A program made the position numbers and the translations under genes. DNA of 64,000 nucleotides from Vicugna vicugna (Eukaryota), in assembly GCA_013265495.1 (NCBI GenBank), contig MU058844.1, positions 6,013,260 to 6,077,259 of the forward strand. Direction: 5' to 3'. Shown piece after piece: positions 1 through 14,990 of this stretch; within the stretch, counting starts at the first letter, position 1; the number at the start of each line of letters is the position of its first letter. The notes beneath the pieces were generated by a model. That model did not search any database. It was not told the origin of the DNA and was given only the letters and a program-made list of their open reading frames with translations.

Positions 1-204
1 CTTTGGTGACAACTTGCTCTTTCCGAAGCCCACCAGGAATTACAAAGGAAATTAAGATATATTTCATGGTTTTCATTTTTTTCCCTTGCCGTAAAACCAC
101 TGATTCTTAAATAATTTCAACCTCAAAACGCATCTCTCACTAAGGATAAAATCTAGAAAGGGTATTAAAGTTAAACCATCTTTCTGAGTTTACACAGGTG
201 ATGA

Positions 205-1497
<1,293 letters not shown>

Positions 1498-3880
1498 TTT
1501 GAAAGGCTTCTTTCTGACCTACTTTAATGTCGTTCGTGTTTGTTTAATTTAATAGGAAACTTTATTTTAAATATACTCGGAAAAATTGTAAAGCATATTA
1601 AAGTATTCAGTAGTTAATAAAAACTAGAGAAATTTGTAAGTTTCGTTTTGAGTTAAGACTTCCAACGTGACCTAATTATTACAAGTTCAAACAATGAACT
1701 GTTTATTACGAGTTCAGCACAAATAACTTGCAGGTGCACAACAGAGAAATAGTTTGATGGGAATTATAATCGCCCATAGCTTCTATGAGAAATGATTTGT
1801 GCAAACTTCAAGCTAATTCTTAATATTAGACAATTGATATATTGAAACTCTACACATGAACAAATAAAATTAAAATGTGCTGTAATATATTTTTCACTGT
1901 ATCATTGGAAATTTACAATCTGTAAAGTACATGACAGCTACTATATTGTAACTGTTATTAATTCTGATCTTGGTTCTTTTCATTGATACTTAGAATGTAT
2001 ACCATCTCTGTTACTTCCAGAACTCCTCTACCTGTTTAGGCCTAGGTGACAGGAGGTAGGAAAGGTTGCTCTTGGGACCTGCACAAGTGGATCAGACAGG
2101 GTTACAGATGAAGAAGGGGGTGCAGCATGAAACAGCAACTTTTCTAACGAAGCCTAAAATTATTTAGAGATATGCATGTGTTTTCTCTATCTGCCATTCG
2201 AAGCTTTGGATCAAACCAGCAGTCTGTGCAGGTTCATTCTTTGAGTGAGATGATAGTGTGGGTTACAGAGAAAAATCACTGGGTCATCGTCCTGTGTAAT
2301 TATGCCCTATTCACAAAAGTTGAAGGGATGCAACTTGGGGTCCTTTGTGTGGGTATAAAATAGAGTTCGACCTGCCATAAGTATGAGCATTTTGTCTCTG
2401 AACAAATGGAGAACTAATATGGTCAAAACTCTTTTGTTCTGCTATGCTGTAATTTAGATTGTCTTTGTAGTACTTTGTTTAAGATGCAAACTGAAATAAA
2501 AAAGTGCTGGCTCGACCTGCTACCCAACCTTAGAGCATGATAGTAAATATCCAACAAATTGAACAGATTATTTAGATCCCATCTGAACTGACAGTCATTA
2601 CAGTGCCAGATGGGACTTGGTTTCAATTTTGTTGTTTTTAGGAAGTTTCTGTCTCCCTCCTTCTCTTTCTTCTCTCCTTTCCCTTCTTTGCTTCTTGCCA
2701 GTGAACTCATGGTATAATCATACTGAAAACAATTTAATTGTTGTATTCTACTGTTAAATGAATACACTTGCCGTTTATTTTTTTCTTTAGCTGACACATT
2801 TCCTATATGTCAGTGCACATGTAAGTAGAAATATTATTTTACTTAGTTTTCACATGTGGATATCAGTTAAGATTCCCAGTATTTCTCATTTCTTCCCTTT
2901 TACTCATGTTTACAGTAGTGCGTGTTTTAACTCAGTTTCTTAATCTGTTTTTAAATTTCTCCATTCCCCCAGACTTTTCACCAATCTTTGGGAAGATATT
3001 TAGAATTGTCTTAATACTTCACTTTTGGGAAGCATCTAATGTTGCCATTTTTCATACCAAGATATTGCTGAAGGCCTTATTTGAAGTTGGAAGTTAAAAA
3101 AAGTAGGAATTTCTATTCCAGGGAAAGTACAGTGATAGTAAACAATAATGCTATGATGGGTTTAGTTAAAAAGAAATAAAAGGGCAATTGAATAATCGCC
3201 TGAGAAAGGGAAGTTTATTTGCCTAATATCCCATTAAATCACTCAGCAATATGGTAAGCAATTGACACATTTATTGTTCACTGCTGGGGATTAAGTTCAG
3301 AAAATCATCATCAATGATAAGCCATTTGTGATGTTTTTCTAAAATGAATGTAATCTCTTTGGATTACTCTTTAGTGACAAAATAATGAAAAGAACATTGT
3401 TATCTGCTATGTAAATTGATCAATTATCCGAATTCAAAAGAAGTTCTGATAAGAACCAGAACTAGACAGATCATTTCACTTTAAAAACTGAATTAATGTG
3501 TGCTTTTATGTAGTTAAGCACAGTGATGCATTCTAAGGGCCAATTCTCCTATATTTTTACAGTAAATGATGTTAAAAACTCTTGTCAGAAAGATGATTGA
3601 GTTTGAAATTCACATTAGGATTTCTGTGTGTTCTCTACTTATCCAAATGTATTTGTGCTTTGGATTCATTGCAATGTCAAATCAAAAGTTAACCATGATG
3701 AATCTCTAATTTAGAGTAATATATTAATACCAATAAAAATACTAAAATATGATGCCCTCATCTCTGAATACTGAGCTATTCTTTAATCAAATTGTGAGAA
3801 TTTATATTATAAATTCAAAACTTAATGTTTTAATTACTTGTAGAAGCTTTATAATAAAATGTTTATAAATTGAGTAACCT
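1498..3880 (+). other. RASSF9: RASSF9 3' UTR (3' end uncertain); candidate poly(A) signals AATAAA at 1863-1868, 3732-3737 and 3853-3858
   Basis: AT-rich sequence with no recognisable repeats after the stop codon, with several AATAAA hexamers. The cleavage site used cannot be determined from sequence alone. Confidence 0.5.
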
Positions 3881-6347
3881 CACAGGTTAACTATGAAATT
3901 GCTCTATGCAGCTAGAAAGTAGCAAGCCACACACAGGTGGCTTTTCTTTCTTCCTGTAACAAGACTTTGATTTTTCACAGACTGTGTCTTGTTCATCCTC
4001 CCACGTGAAATGTCTGTTTTTCCCTTGATCTGCTGTAACCTGAAATCCCACCCCTTTCAGGCTTTTTAACACATTACGTCTTTCTATGAAGCATGTATCG
4101 TTCGAGTCAATGAGTTGTAATGTCTTATCTCTGAACCCACAAATATTTTAGGTGTATTTCTCAGAGAGGAGGATTTATATTCTGGCTTAGCTTATTTTAT
4201 TTACATGCTTATCTAAATCCCCTCCCTCAATGTATTATTGCTTGTCTTATTACTTTGGCTTCCATCTTGTTAACCTTACTCCCTCCAATCACCCTCTTTG
4301 CCCCTACTTCATTTTTGAATTGAATTGCCAAATTTTAGAAGATTGTAATCTTTTAAAAAAATGATTTTCAAACACGGTAAATGATGTTTGTGGATTTTAT
4401 ACATAAATATGCCCTTTCGCAGACTTAAAATATTAATAGCAACTCTACTTCTAAATTCTTTGGGGGAAGCACTAAATCTTCCTGTTATTATGAAAAAAAT
4501 TTAATGTGGTTTCAATTTTCTATTTTATTTTTAATTCATAGAGTCACTGATTTAAGGCAATGGAAATATTGTACCTTTTGAAGCCCCTCAATGGCTAAAT
4601 TATGGTATTTTCCTCTGCATCCCTTGCATGTTAGAGAAAAAATCGGTTTTCTAAAGTTGGATTTTAAGTGGTAGACACACAAAATACTTCGGAATATCCT
4701 AAATCAAATCTTTATTTTACCTTCTCTTTTTAATTAAAAATATAAATAAATGGCCTCCATTAGTGTGTAGAAGCTATTCTAATCCATTAAAATTTTATTT
4801 TTCTATTTATTTAAACATCTACTGAACAGGACAAAATATATTTCTGTAGCTACATTTTATAATTTTTCAAAGCAGGATTATTGTTTTATTTAAAATGTAT
4901 TTTTCTAGTGACAAAAGGAATACCTTTTAATCTGGTCTAGATTTCTTTGAAACATTAGGCTATTTCTTTTCATGCTACCTGATTGGTTTCATAACCTGAT
5001 GTGACAAACATAAAGTAGGTCTAATTTCTTCAAGTGTAACTAATCCAGAATAATAAAAGGAATAGTGGTGTACTTTCATGTGATACTGTTTGTCTTTCTG
5101 GGTGTGTTCCTTGGCTAGATTAAAAATACATTTATTGTATCAGTTGAAATTATATTAACTGCTGAGCTAACTCACACAAGTATAAGATCAGGTATTATTT
5201 CATGACAATATACATATATAGCAAAAAAGATCTAATGAAATTTTTTGTTAAGTTTTGTACACATTTGTTTCAACTGTCAGGAAAGATTGTCCTCACTTTT
5301 ATGGCCTGATATCTTGCTTTCTAGAATGAAATCCATTTTAATGTAAAAATACTCAAGTGTAAATCTTTCCTGCTATTATTCAGTTTGTCACTACCCTTAT
5401 TTCTCAAAACAGGCCTTTAATTTTGACTGTCTTTAATAACTAAATCATTTGAAAAAATGAGGAAACTCATCTGCTTATTCTATAAATGACCATGAAATTA
5501 CTCTATTAAAAGGTTGTATGTAATGTTCAGTAATAACACACAGAAATGAGTTAACGCTATTGTCTTGACCATTGTTATCACAATAGTCAGAGAAAACACA
5601 CAATAGTCATTTTGTTACTCTAGAATTAACTTGTGTTTCCAACCACTGTTGAAACTGATAATCACAATTCATAAGCTCCATAATTAATAGTTTCATTTCA
5701 GAAAGTAAAAAAAGAAATGATTACCTTGATATTTAAAAAAGCAATTTAAATATATTTTTCCTAAGTAGAAATATCAGATACATTTTTACAGAGGGCTACT
5801 AAATCTCTCCCTACATTTCATATGTATAAGTAATACCATTGACTTTATTTTCCCACCATTTTTTGTGAACCAATCTCTGACGTGTATTTGGGATCTATTT
5901 TGGGAGTAGACACTCCCAAATTGATTTGGCTGCATATTTTACCCCTGAAAAATATTTTCTCTGATCAAAAATATTGCGATCTAAGAAAATGTGAATATGA
6001 GGAAGTCTAACATTTCTACTCATTTATGTAGGACAGAGTCTACGAAGTATAACTAATATTTATAATGACCATGACAGTAAGATACATACAAACAGAATGT
6101 CTGATATTTGGTAACTAGTCAAGTTAGAGCATTTAAAGCCACAAGATTCCAGACAACAGTCAGAAGAGCAAAAAGACAAAGATGAAAAAACTAGCTGTCA
6201 CGGCTACTAAACACATCCATGACTTTGACTTGTATCGGGCTTTCAAGTAGTTTGTTCTTATGCTTCTTGACACTGTTAGAATGTATGCTGTTAGAATGGC
6301 CCCACCATTTGGATTACTGAAGAACTTCGTTTTTTGAAAATTAAATA

Positions 6348-6556
6348 CAGTTGACCCTTGAACAGCATGCGTTTTAATTACATGGGCCCACTGCATTACA
6401 AGCAGATTTTTAAAATAAATACATAATTTGTGGCCCGTGGTTGGTTGAATCTGGGGGTGTGGAACTGTGGAAAGCAGAGAGCAGACTGGGAAGTTACACA
6501 CATTCAGTTCTGGGGGGTCAGTGCCCCTGACCCTCGTGTTGTTCAAGTGTTAACTG
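6348..6556. mobile_element. Tigger2-type (Tc1/mariner-pogo) MITE, ~210 bp
   Basis: TIRs cagttgacccttgaaca / tgttcaagtgttaactg, flanked by TA at 6346-6347 and 6557-6558. Similar to the copy at 61977. Confidence 0.85.
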
Positions 6557-8572
6557 TAAATGAAATGGCCTGAGAATCACCTAGGTTTACTTAGGCGATT
6601 GCTATAACTAACATTAGAAAGTAATTTGGAAATAGTGGTTATCTAATAACAACTCTCAATTACTTGCATCTTTCAGTCAGTATTCCTATTGTTCATAATA
6701 AATGGCAAGAAAATATTCCAAAATTTGTGAAATTGCATGCATTTAGGTATTTATCATAGTTTTATGGACAATAGCAAATTGAAAACACAATAATAGGGGA
6801 ATTATTAGGTAAGTTCCAAGGTATTATTTGTGTGAGAAACTTGTAAATATCAATACTGATGTTTATATGACCATACAGCAGTGAAATCTAGTTTAAAAGA
6901 AAAGAATTTAAAAATGTATATAGACCAACTATGTTTTTTAAAAAAAACCACGCATACCAAAAAGCAAATGCATATGAAAATGGAGATGCATAATTTTTGC
7001 TAAGAGTTTTTGTAGTAAAGTGATAATTTGGGGCACAATATATTTCTTTTCTATATACATATATACATCAAAATACAGAATCTTTACAATTTAAACACAT
7101 TAAAATGTTTCTCTAGCAGAATATCCCATGACTTTCTTATTTCTTTGCTGAGGCTATTTAGAGACTTTCACGAACATCAAACAGCTAGAGAGTGATGTGT
7201 AATGATAAAATCCTGAGTACTATAAGGAAACCATTTGAATCCCAGGATGTCACATTCCTACCTATAAAATAATTTAAAAGAAAAAGAAAAGGCAAAAACA
7301 TTAGATAATCCTTAAGGTTCTGTTTAGCTTGGTTGTCATGCAAGGTAGTGCATTCAATGATTTGGTACATGCATAACAAATGTTTAGATATATACTTGAT
7401 CAGCTAGAGTTCCTGGCTCTGTTCTCTGTCTCTGGCAGAGTCTACACAAGGCTGAAATAAAGTAGCCCACTAACTGACAAAACAGGGAATTAAAACTCAA
7501 AACTCTGCCTCTCCCAACACTGTCACTCATCTCATTTCTTTCCAAATTAGTTAGGGCAGGGCTGTGGGATTGTTAGTATGGCACTTGATAGACAAGAGTC
7601 ACGGCTTATGTTAGCTAAACAATATATGGCCGGGAAAACAGAACATCATTAGTGTTTCCAGAACAGAAAAACTATGCTGGAAAGAGAGGTGGAGAGGAAA
7701 ATAGGCTGTATTATTTATTTTTATATTGCTCTAGTGTCTAACAGAGATTAGCACCTAGTATTTGCCAAAAATATGTTAGTAAAATCAGGTTTGTAACTAA
7801 AAGGGCTAGGACAGTTCCTGGAACATGAAAGTTCTTCTATAAATAGTAGCTATTATTGTAAGTAATGAAAAAAAGGTGAAACTTCTCTCCTTGAGTAAAA
7901 AAATGCTTACATACTATATTCAATATAAATGCTACCTCTCTTCCTGTAAATTAATTACTTCCTTACTATAATTTGACTATCTTGGAAAGATTATATCATA
8001 ACTGTCTATCACTTAGCACAAATTCACTGGCAGTCATACAGATGCACATTCAAGATAAGGTTTTTCCAATCAGAATCCTATTTTTAAAGTTTATTTTTCA
8101 CTCTAAGTAGCATTTGTCATGACGAGAGAATGGAGAAAGTTTTATACCCTTTCAGAACTGAGACTAAGATTTTGAAAAGCTTCTTAGCATTACCTTTTCA
8201 TATGTGAAAGTTTCATGAGTCACTCCTCTAGTTAAGTGTGAGTGTTTGACACAGGATTGTCAATAATTTTTCTGCTTTTCATATATTGACAGAAAAGCTA
8301 AATTTCCTTAAGGGGAAAGAGCCCAAAGATGGACGGGAAGGCTATAAACCTTTTTTTTCCAGCATCCACCCACACCACTGACTCCTGAGGTCATCTTCCA
8401 AAAGATTATAAAATGACAAATGTCAAATATTGAGAGGAACTGCAGTTTCCCTGGGGATAAAGGTTAGTAAAGCCAACCGGGATTTAGAATTCAGAAGTAG
8501 GTCAGAGGAGGGAGGAACATGCGCTGGGTTGGAGATTTAACTTTTTAGGCCATCCTGAGCCATGAGCCTTTC

Positions 8573-8720
8573 TGCAGTAATTCCCAAACCTGTCTCCACA
8601 ACAGAATCACAAAGAGTACTTGTTGAAAAACAGAGATTCCCGAACTTCACCCTGGAGAATTTGATGGAGCAGGTCCAGATGGTGGCCCCAACTTTTGTCC
8701 TTTTAAATAGCTACCAAAAT
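8573..8720. mobile_element. MER5-like hAT-Charlie fragment
   Basis: cagtaattcccaaac...cagaatcac...cttgttgaaaaacagagattcc resembles the MER5A/B consensus. Confidence 0.5.
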
Positions 8721-9199
8721 GCTTCCAAAGCAATGGCATTCAATTGTGGTTCATTAATTCTAGCAGAGCTGGTGGGTAACTGAAGGCTTTGCCAAGCAAA
8801 ACTGGAAGGCTGTGAAGAGTAAGTAAGCATTCTCAAGATGACCAAGAGAGGCCACTGGCTTTGGAAAGACATAAATGGTTCCAGGGTCAAAAGCCAAAGG
8901 CAATCTGGAAACAGAAACCTGTCAGATGGCAGCTCCAGAGGCTGCAGGAGCCCGAGGAGACAAGCTTTATTGTCACATTTGCAAATAGTGCTTTATCAGA
9001 GGTGAAAATGACGGAAGAGACTGGGCTATTGTGGGGACTCTGGTTGCCGTATGAGTCCTGCAGATATTTTGAGGTGTCTTAAACTCTTTTCCTCAAATAG
9101 GCCAGTAAGAAGGCTTGCATAGTAAGAGTATACCATCCAAAAGTGTTCTGTTCTCTTGGCTCAAATTAAATAACGATTGCTCTACAAAATAGCTAAGAC

Positions 9200-9400
9200 A
9201 GTTCTCATTTAAGAAGCCAGGTAGACTCAGTTCAAATTTGGATTCCAGCCTTTTCTCCTACACGAGTTTAGTCAAATTATTCAAGTATTTTGGGCCTGAA
9301 TTTCCTTAACTAGAAAAGTGAAATAATAATATCTGACTTTTTGTAATGCTTTAAGGATAAGTGATATAGCATGAAAAATACCTAGCATGGAACCTGGCCT
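9200..9400 (+). mobile_element. MIR SINE fragment
   Basis: Degenerate core gggcctgaatttccttaactagaaaagtgaaataataat and tail aatacctagcatggaacctggc. Confidence 0.6.
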
Positions 9401-12269
9401 AAGGAGGCTTTTTTTATTATAGCCAACTTTATGACAACAATATGTTCTTGATCTTATGACTTTTTAATATGTTAATGATAATAAAAGAAGCATGCACCAT
9501 TTCATTTATGTCAAAAAATTTAAATTGCCCACCAGGTTGAAAAGTAGGCTATGCTGTAGTTTATGCTGTCAGTTTTTGGAGATTATTTACAGAGTGTCTA
9601 TTTATTCATCCCACTATCATTTCAGCTGTGTTTTTATACTGTGTGCCCTACATCATAAAAATGCACTTCATATACTTGACTATAATCCAGCATTAAAATT
9701 AAAAATTCATGTGTGGAAAAAAAGAGGACAGAAATGGAGCTATGAAATGAAATATAATACAAGGTTTACAAGCAATACATGCATCCTTTCTTGGAGGATG
9801 ACTACATGTTTATACTTAATTTGAAGCAACAACCAAATGGTTATTAAAACTTAATAAGATAAAGTTGCACTGTATTTGGTCATTGAGACACATGAGGAAG
9901 GAATCGTCTATCCACAGAACAGATAATTCATGGCAGTAAAAATTGCCAAGCATCTCAGAGTAGATCAAAGTATTCTCAAAGTTAGATGTTGGTGTGAGTA
10001 ACCAACGGGTTGTAAAGACTACCTCTTGAGACTTTAAACAACAGTTGATCAAAAACATCTGATTGATTTTCAGGAAAAATTAATTTCTGACAATCTTTAA
10101 TTATGTTAAGGAATCAAATTATTGCAAAAGAAAAGTGCAGAATATTTATATTCTCTGTTTTTTTCTCCAGATGAAGAGATCAAGTTCATAAACAGTTGTT
10201 ATAAAAACCAGCATTTTATGTACACATGAAGTAGTCATAACTGTCAGTGCTTTGTGTTTTTGAACAATTTAGGAATTCTTAACAGGAAGACTGGTCTACA
10301 TTCCTGTTACAACAGAAAAAGAAAGTGACATCATTTTTGGCTAAAAATGCTATAGCATATAGGGTTTCTTTTATTCCTCAAAAATCATTATTGAGCAAAT
10401 ATGCATTATTATGTGTATAGTACAGTTTATCTTATAACTAATATTTAAAACAGTTAACATCAGGAATGACTTAATCAGGATCCCAATTTCCCAAAGAAGC
10501 GAAAGACTGCTGACTGTCTTCCTCTAATGTTACTTCACTTTAGTTGAGCAAGAGAGGAGGCAATTTGTGACTTTGGCACGTGAGGAATTATATGATGGTT
10601 ACGATACAACAGAAAAAAGACCAGATCTGACCTTTATCTTGATGTTACCATTTTAAAAAAGTTAGTTTAGCAATCAACATTTTGGAGATACAAGTGATAA
10701 AAATACCATAGGAAAAAAAGTTATATGGCCATTAGAGTATAGTCAAAATATCAATTATAATGGTGGGGAATGAAGAATTCCCAAATTATAAAGAGATAAA
10801 ATGAACTACTTCTTTTGAACTTAACTTAAAATCTTTCTGCCTTTTCATGTATGCACAAACAAATAAGTACACAACTTTCCATATACAGTGGAATTGGAGG
10901 ATGTGATATGAGTTAAATACTTAAAGCCTTGATGCAGTGATGTGTCATTCCAAACAGACTTTTTAACATGCACTTTGTGTAGGCCTCAGTCACCATGGAA
11001 ACTTGGCTGAAACTGGCTCAGTCAGTCTCTGTCTCCACCTTATTGTACTTAATCCCACCATTAGCTGGGACCATGGGTGGTCACTACTTTATGCTTTACC
11101 CCACTATTTTAAAATCATAATTAAAACCCATGCTTAGTATTAATCATTCTTTGCAGATACAAGTTAAATGAGGCTTGAAGAGTGTATGCTTTCTCCATGC
11201 TAAGTGAGTAATGAGTTTTTCTGTATATGCCAGGGGAATTTTTCTAGATGGATAGAACAAGAACACACAAGTCAGTGATAGGAAAAAAAAAAAAAGAAAG
11301 AAAAAGATTGGTTATAGCTTTCTTAGGCAATCAGTGCTCAGTTGTCAAATATATGAATCACTCTGGCAGCTGCTTTCACCTCATTTTGCCTGTATTGGGA
11401 GGGGGTTAACAATTAACTAACTTCTCTGAAACTATTACCTAGACACCAGTTATCCAAACTGGAATCCTCATACTCAGACTCCTCACTCTACCTAATCCTC
11501 ATGTTCAGTGTCTCCAAGTCCCATTGTTTTTTGTCATCCATGTAGTTCTGAAAAATCCCATCTTTCTTTTATTATGGTCTTACTGCAGTTAGGGCCAGAG
11601 ACCCTAACATGAATTTAAGAGTTCATGTAGTCCAAATCTCTCATGTTACAGAGTCCCAAACAGCTGAAGTTTTAAAGATAGTTAATGGTGGAAATATAAC
11701 TGAGATTCAGGCCTTTGAACTCCCAATAGAGTTCTTTTTTCTCTCTTTCCACATGTTGCCCACAGGAAAGTGGATTCCTCACAATCTCTGTGTTAATATA
11801 ACACTTACTGTTCCAACACTAATATTTTAAGAATATTTACCTTACAGTCATTTCCTTCTTTGGAAACAAAAACAGAAACAATACAGAGAACTAATAGAAA
11901 AGTATCATACAGCCCTGAAAGAGTTAGCGCCTGGGATCAAATCCTTCTGTAACTCATACCACATATCCACAGAAGCAGCAAATGGACAGGTGCAATGTCT
12001 TGTTTACCTTTTCATCCTTAGTCACTAGAAAATGCCTAGAACTGACAAGTACCTTATGAATATTGGTTGAATTCAAATTATGTTAGTCATCTGACAACTA
12101 GTTGCACAATTAGAAGGCATGTGCCTTCTCACGTATCTGAAGAAATAGGTTACATTTTTCTGTGTATCTACTATGGGAAAATCAGCAGCAGTTTTCAAAG
12201 GAGCAGAAGAGGGATTTTTTTCCTGAATGTCATAAATATTGGGCAATCTTTAAAAAAGCATAATTCCAT

Positions 12270-12871
12270 GTCCATTGACAGATGACTGGATAAAGAAGAT
12301 ATGATATATAATGGAATATTACTCAGCCATTAAAAAGAATGAAATAATGCCATTTGCAGTAACATGGATGGACCTAGATATTATCATATTAAGTGAAGTA
12401 AGTCAGACAAAGACAAATATCATATGACTTAGATGTGGAATCTAAAAAAAATGATACAAATTCTATTTACAAACCAAAAACAGACTCACAGACATAGAAA
12501 ACAAGCTATGGTTACCAAAGGGGAAATGGCAGGGGAGGAATAAATTAGAAGTTTGGGATTAACAGATACACATTACCAAATATAAAACAGTTAACAACAA
12601 AGACCTACTATATAGCACAGGGAACTATATTCAATTTCTTGTAATAACATAATGGAAAAGAATCTGAAGAGAAAAGAATACATATGTATGCATATGTATA
12701 ACTGAATCGCATTGTGGTATACCTGAAACTAACATTGTAAACCACTATGCTTCAATAAAAAAAAATTAAAAAATAAAAATTAAAACAATGATTCTTTGAA
12801 AATAATTGACTTGCATTGGTGAAAGAAAATAAAACTATTAAAACATAAAAATAAAAAAATAAAAATAAAAA
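12270..12871 (+). mobile_element. 5'-truncated L1 (ORF2 end + 3' UTR + A tail) carrying a short 3' transduction
   Basis: Typical L1 3' sequence (aatggaatattactcagccattaaaaagaatgaaataatgccatttgcag...). TSD taaaaaagcat(aa/tc)ttccat at 12251-12269 and 12872-12890. Confidence 0.92.
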
Positions 12872-13816
12872 TAAAAAAGCATTCTTCCATAGTTAGTATT
12901 GGTTTTAACACGTTTCATTATTGCTTGTTGCCCTATTGCAGCAAATACATTCTACAGAACACCTGACAAAAATGGCTCTCATGGAAATCTAACTTCCTGA
13001 GTTAAGAGTTCACACTAGCACAATCTTTGCTAGTGAATGTATTTATTTACTCCAAACTTGGGAAGGAAGTAAAAGAAGAGACTTCTCCGCTGGAGCCATA
13101 CGAAGTAAATCCTCTCATTCGTTCATTTACTCAAGAAACGTTTGTTGCTAGAGGCTCTCAGTTTTATCATCCTTTCAGCCTTGAGGATTGAATGATACAG
13201 GACATTTCAGAAGTGATCTGTTAGCTACTCTCTGGAGCTTCAACCATCATGAGTCCGCCTCCCTGTTTCTCTCACCCTACCCTTTCTGCCACTCCCAAGG
13301 GACAGCCTGGGAGAGTTTACTCAAGGTGATACATCTCCAAACCAATTTGTTTATACAGGCTCTCCCAGGAATCCATTATCATAGATAATTGAGTTTACTG
13401 TACTCTAAGTATAATAAAAGCCTCTGGAGTTTTAGCCTGAAACGTAACGTGCACAACCCTGAGGGATGGGTGAAGACGCCGAACTTGGACAAGCCTGAAC
13501 TTCAGGTAGCAGATTCGGCAAGAGATGCAGGGAAAGCAGAGTAGATCATATCATATGTACCGAATGAGATGTAAACATGAAATCATGACTAATAAGAAGA
13601 AATTTTAAGAATAAATTAAATGTTTGAAATCTAGAAGAAACATCTAAACAATATTTACAGTATACACAAAGATGATCTCACCTTATGTATAGTAGTTCTT
13701 TGAAACTTTACAAAAGTCTCAAAATATACCACCATAACTCACAGGGATGAGAGTTAAAAGTGAATTTATCTGCATTGCAGAGATGCTGAAACTAAGGAAC
13801 ATCAGAGTATTTGCCT

Positions 13817-14275
13817 TGTTGACTGAAATAACTGCGCAGCCTAAAAGTTGGGAGTTATGTTGTATTAGCTGGGATGACAGCCTCTCAGATTGCCCTGAGG
13901 GCTTGCTCTGCAGAGGTAGGGGAGGAGCTAGGATATATAGGCGCTTTACAACAAAGACCAGGTAGTTGGAACATTAAAAGATTACTTGTTAACTAAAGAA
14001 AACCAGGCATCTCTAGTTAAAGAATTTAGTGCTTTTCTATGTATGGGAGGAAGCAAACATTTGAGCTCACTGAATTCATTCCTTTGACAAGCATCTAGCT
14101 AAATAGGGCCAGTATCCTGCCCTTTCTTATTCTGAGTCCCCTCAGAGTGCACCATTGTGAGTGGCTGCAGAGGCTGGGCTGCAGGCTTGTCTTCAATAGG
14201 GGTGTGGCCGCTGATGACTTGATGGTTTCAGCATTCTTTGTTTACTGATAGGGTTTGCAATATTTTTCGTTCACA
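13817..14275 (-). mobile_element. Solo ERV1-class LTR, 459 bp
   Basis: TG...CA termini (tgttgactg...ttcgttcaca) and 4-bp TSD GCCT at 13813-13816 and 14276-14279. On the minus strand there is a TATA-like ctatatatcc (~13931-13940) and a degenerate poly(A) signal (aataca, ~13862-13867). Confidence 0.88.
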
Positions 14276-14397
14276 GCCTCCTAGTGTTACCATTATCGTT
14301 AATGTTGTAGGCAGAGAATAAAACTTGTTTTCTGATTCTATCAGTGTCTTATCTTAAACTGTATACACGTTTTGCTTTTTAAAAACCATATTTAAAT

Positions 14398-14500
14398 TTT
14401 CTCTTTCTCTCTTCCTTCCTTCCTTTCTCTCTCCCTTCCTTCCTTCCTTTCATTCCTTCTTTCCTCTCTCTCTTCCTCTCTTCTTTTTGTATTTTCTTTT
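14398..14500. repeat. Polypyrimidine (TTCC/TC) low-complexity tract
   Basis: ctctttctctcttccttccttcctttctctctcccttccttcc... read directly. Confidence 0.85.
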
Positions 14501-14809
14501 TAAATACCAAAGTTAGATAGCATTCTTTTTCATCTACAGATTAGGAGCTCACATGAAATCCTTCAGAATTTTAAATTTTCAGGATTTTGATTTGTACTTT
14601 AATAGAGAATTTTATAATTTATTTAGCAAAATCCATTCAACTAATATTTGACAATCCTAATGATGAACATAATACATGTTAAAAGAGCTTATTGAGGAAG
14701 CATGATATACGGCCATAAAAGAGTTGCATGATGATGATGATAATAAAAAGTAACATGACAGAATTAAAAAAAAAATCTATATGGAAAGGAATGTCAGAAA
14801 AGAAATCTA

Positions 14810-14990
14810 ACATTTTTGAGGATCTATATTTAGCCAGGGACTTTGCAATCATTATCTCATTTCAATGCTGAGATAAATATTATCATCTCAACCATAAGAT
14901 TAAAACAAAACAAAACTGAGGCCAAGAGAGGATAAGCAAATTGCCCATGATAATACAGTGAGATTTGAAACTATGTGCATGATATCAAAG
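14810..14990 (-). mobile_element. MIR SINE fragment
   Basis: attatctcattt...aaactgaggccaagagaggataagcaaattgcccatga is an antisense MIR core. Confidence 0.6.

Noticed and set aside
2596..2611. CAGTGC as a possible iron-responsive element loop in the 3' UTR
   Set aside because: The five bases on either side (catta / cagat) do not pair, so the IRE upper stem cannot form.
13430..13570. Short CpG-containing stretch as a possible exon or retrocopy
   Set aside because: No sustained ORF, recognisable homology, poly(A) tail or TSD.
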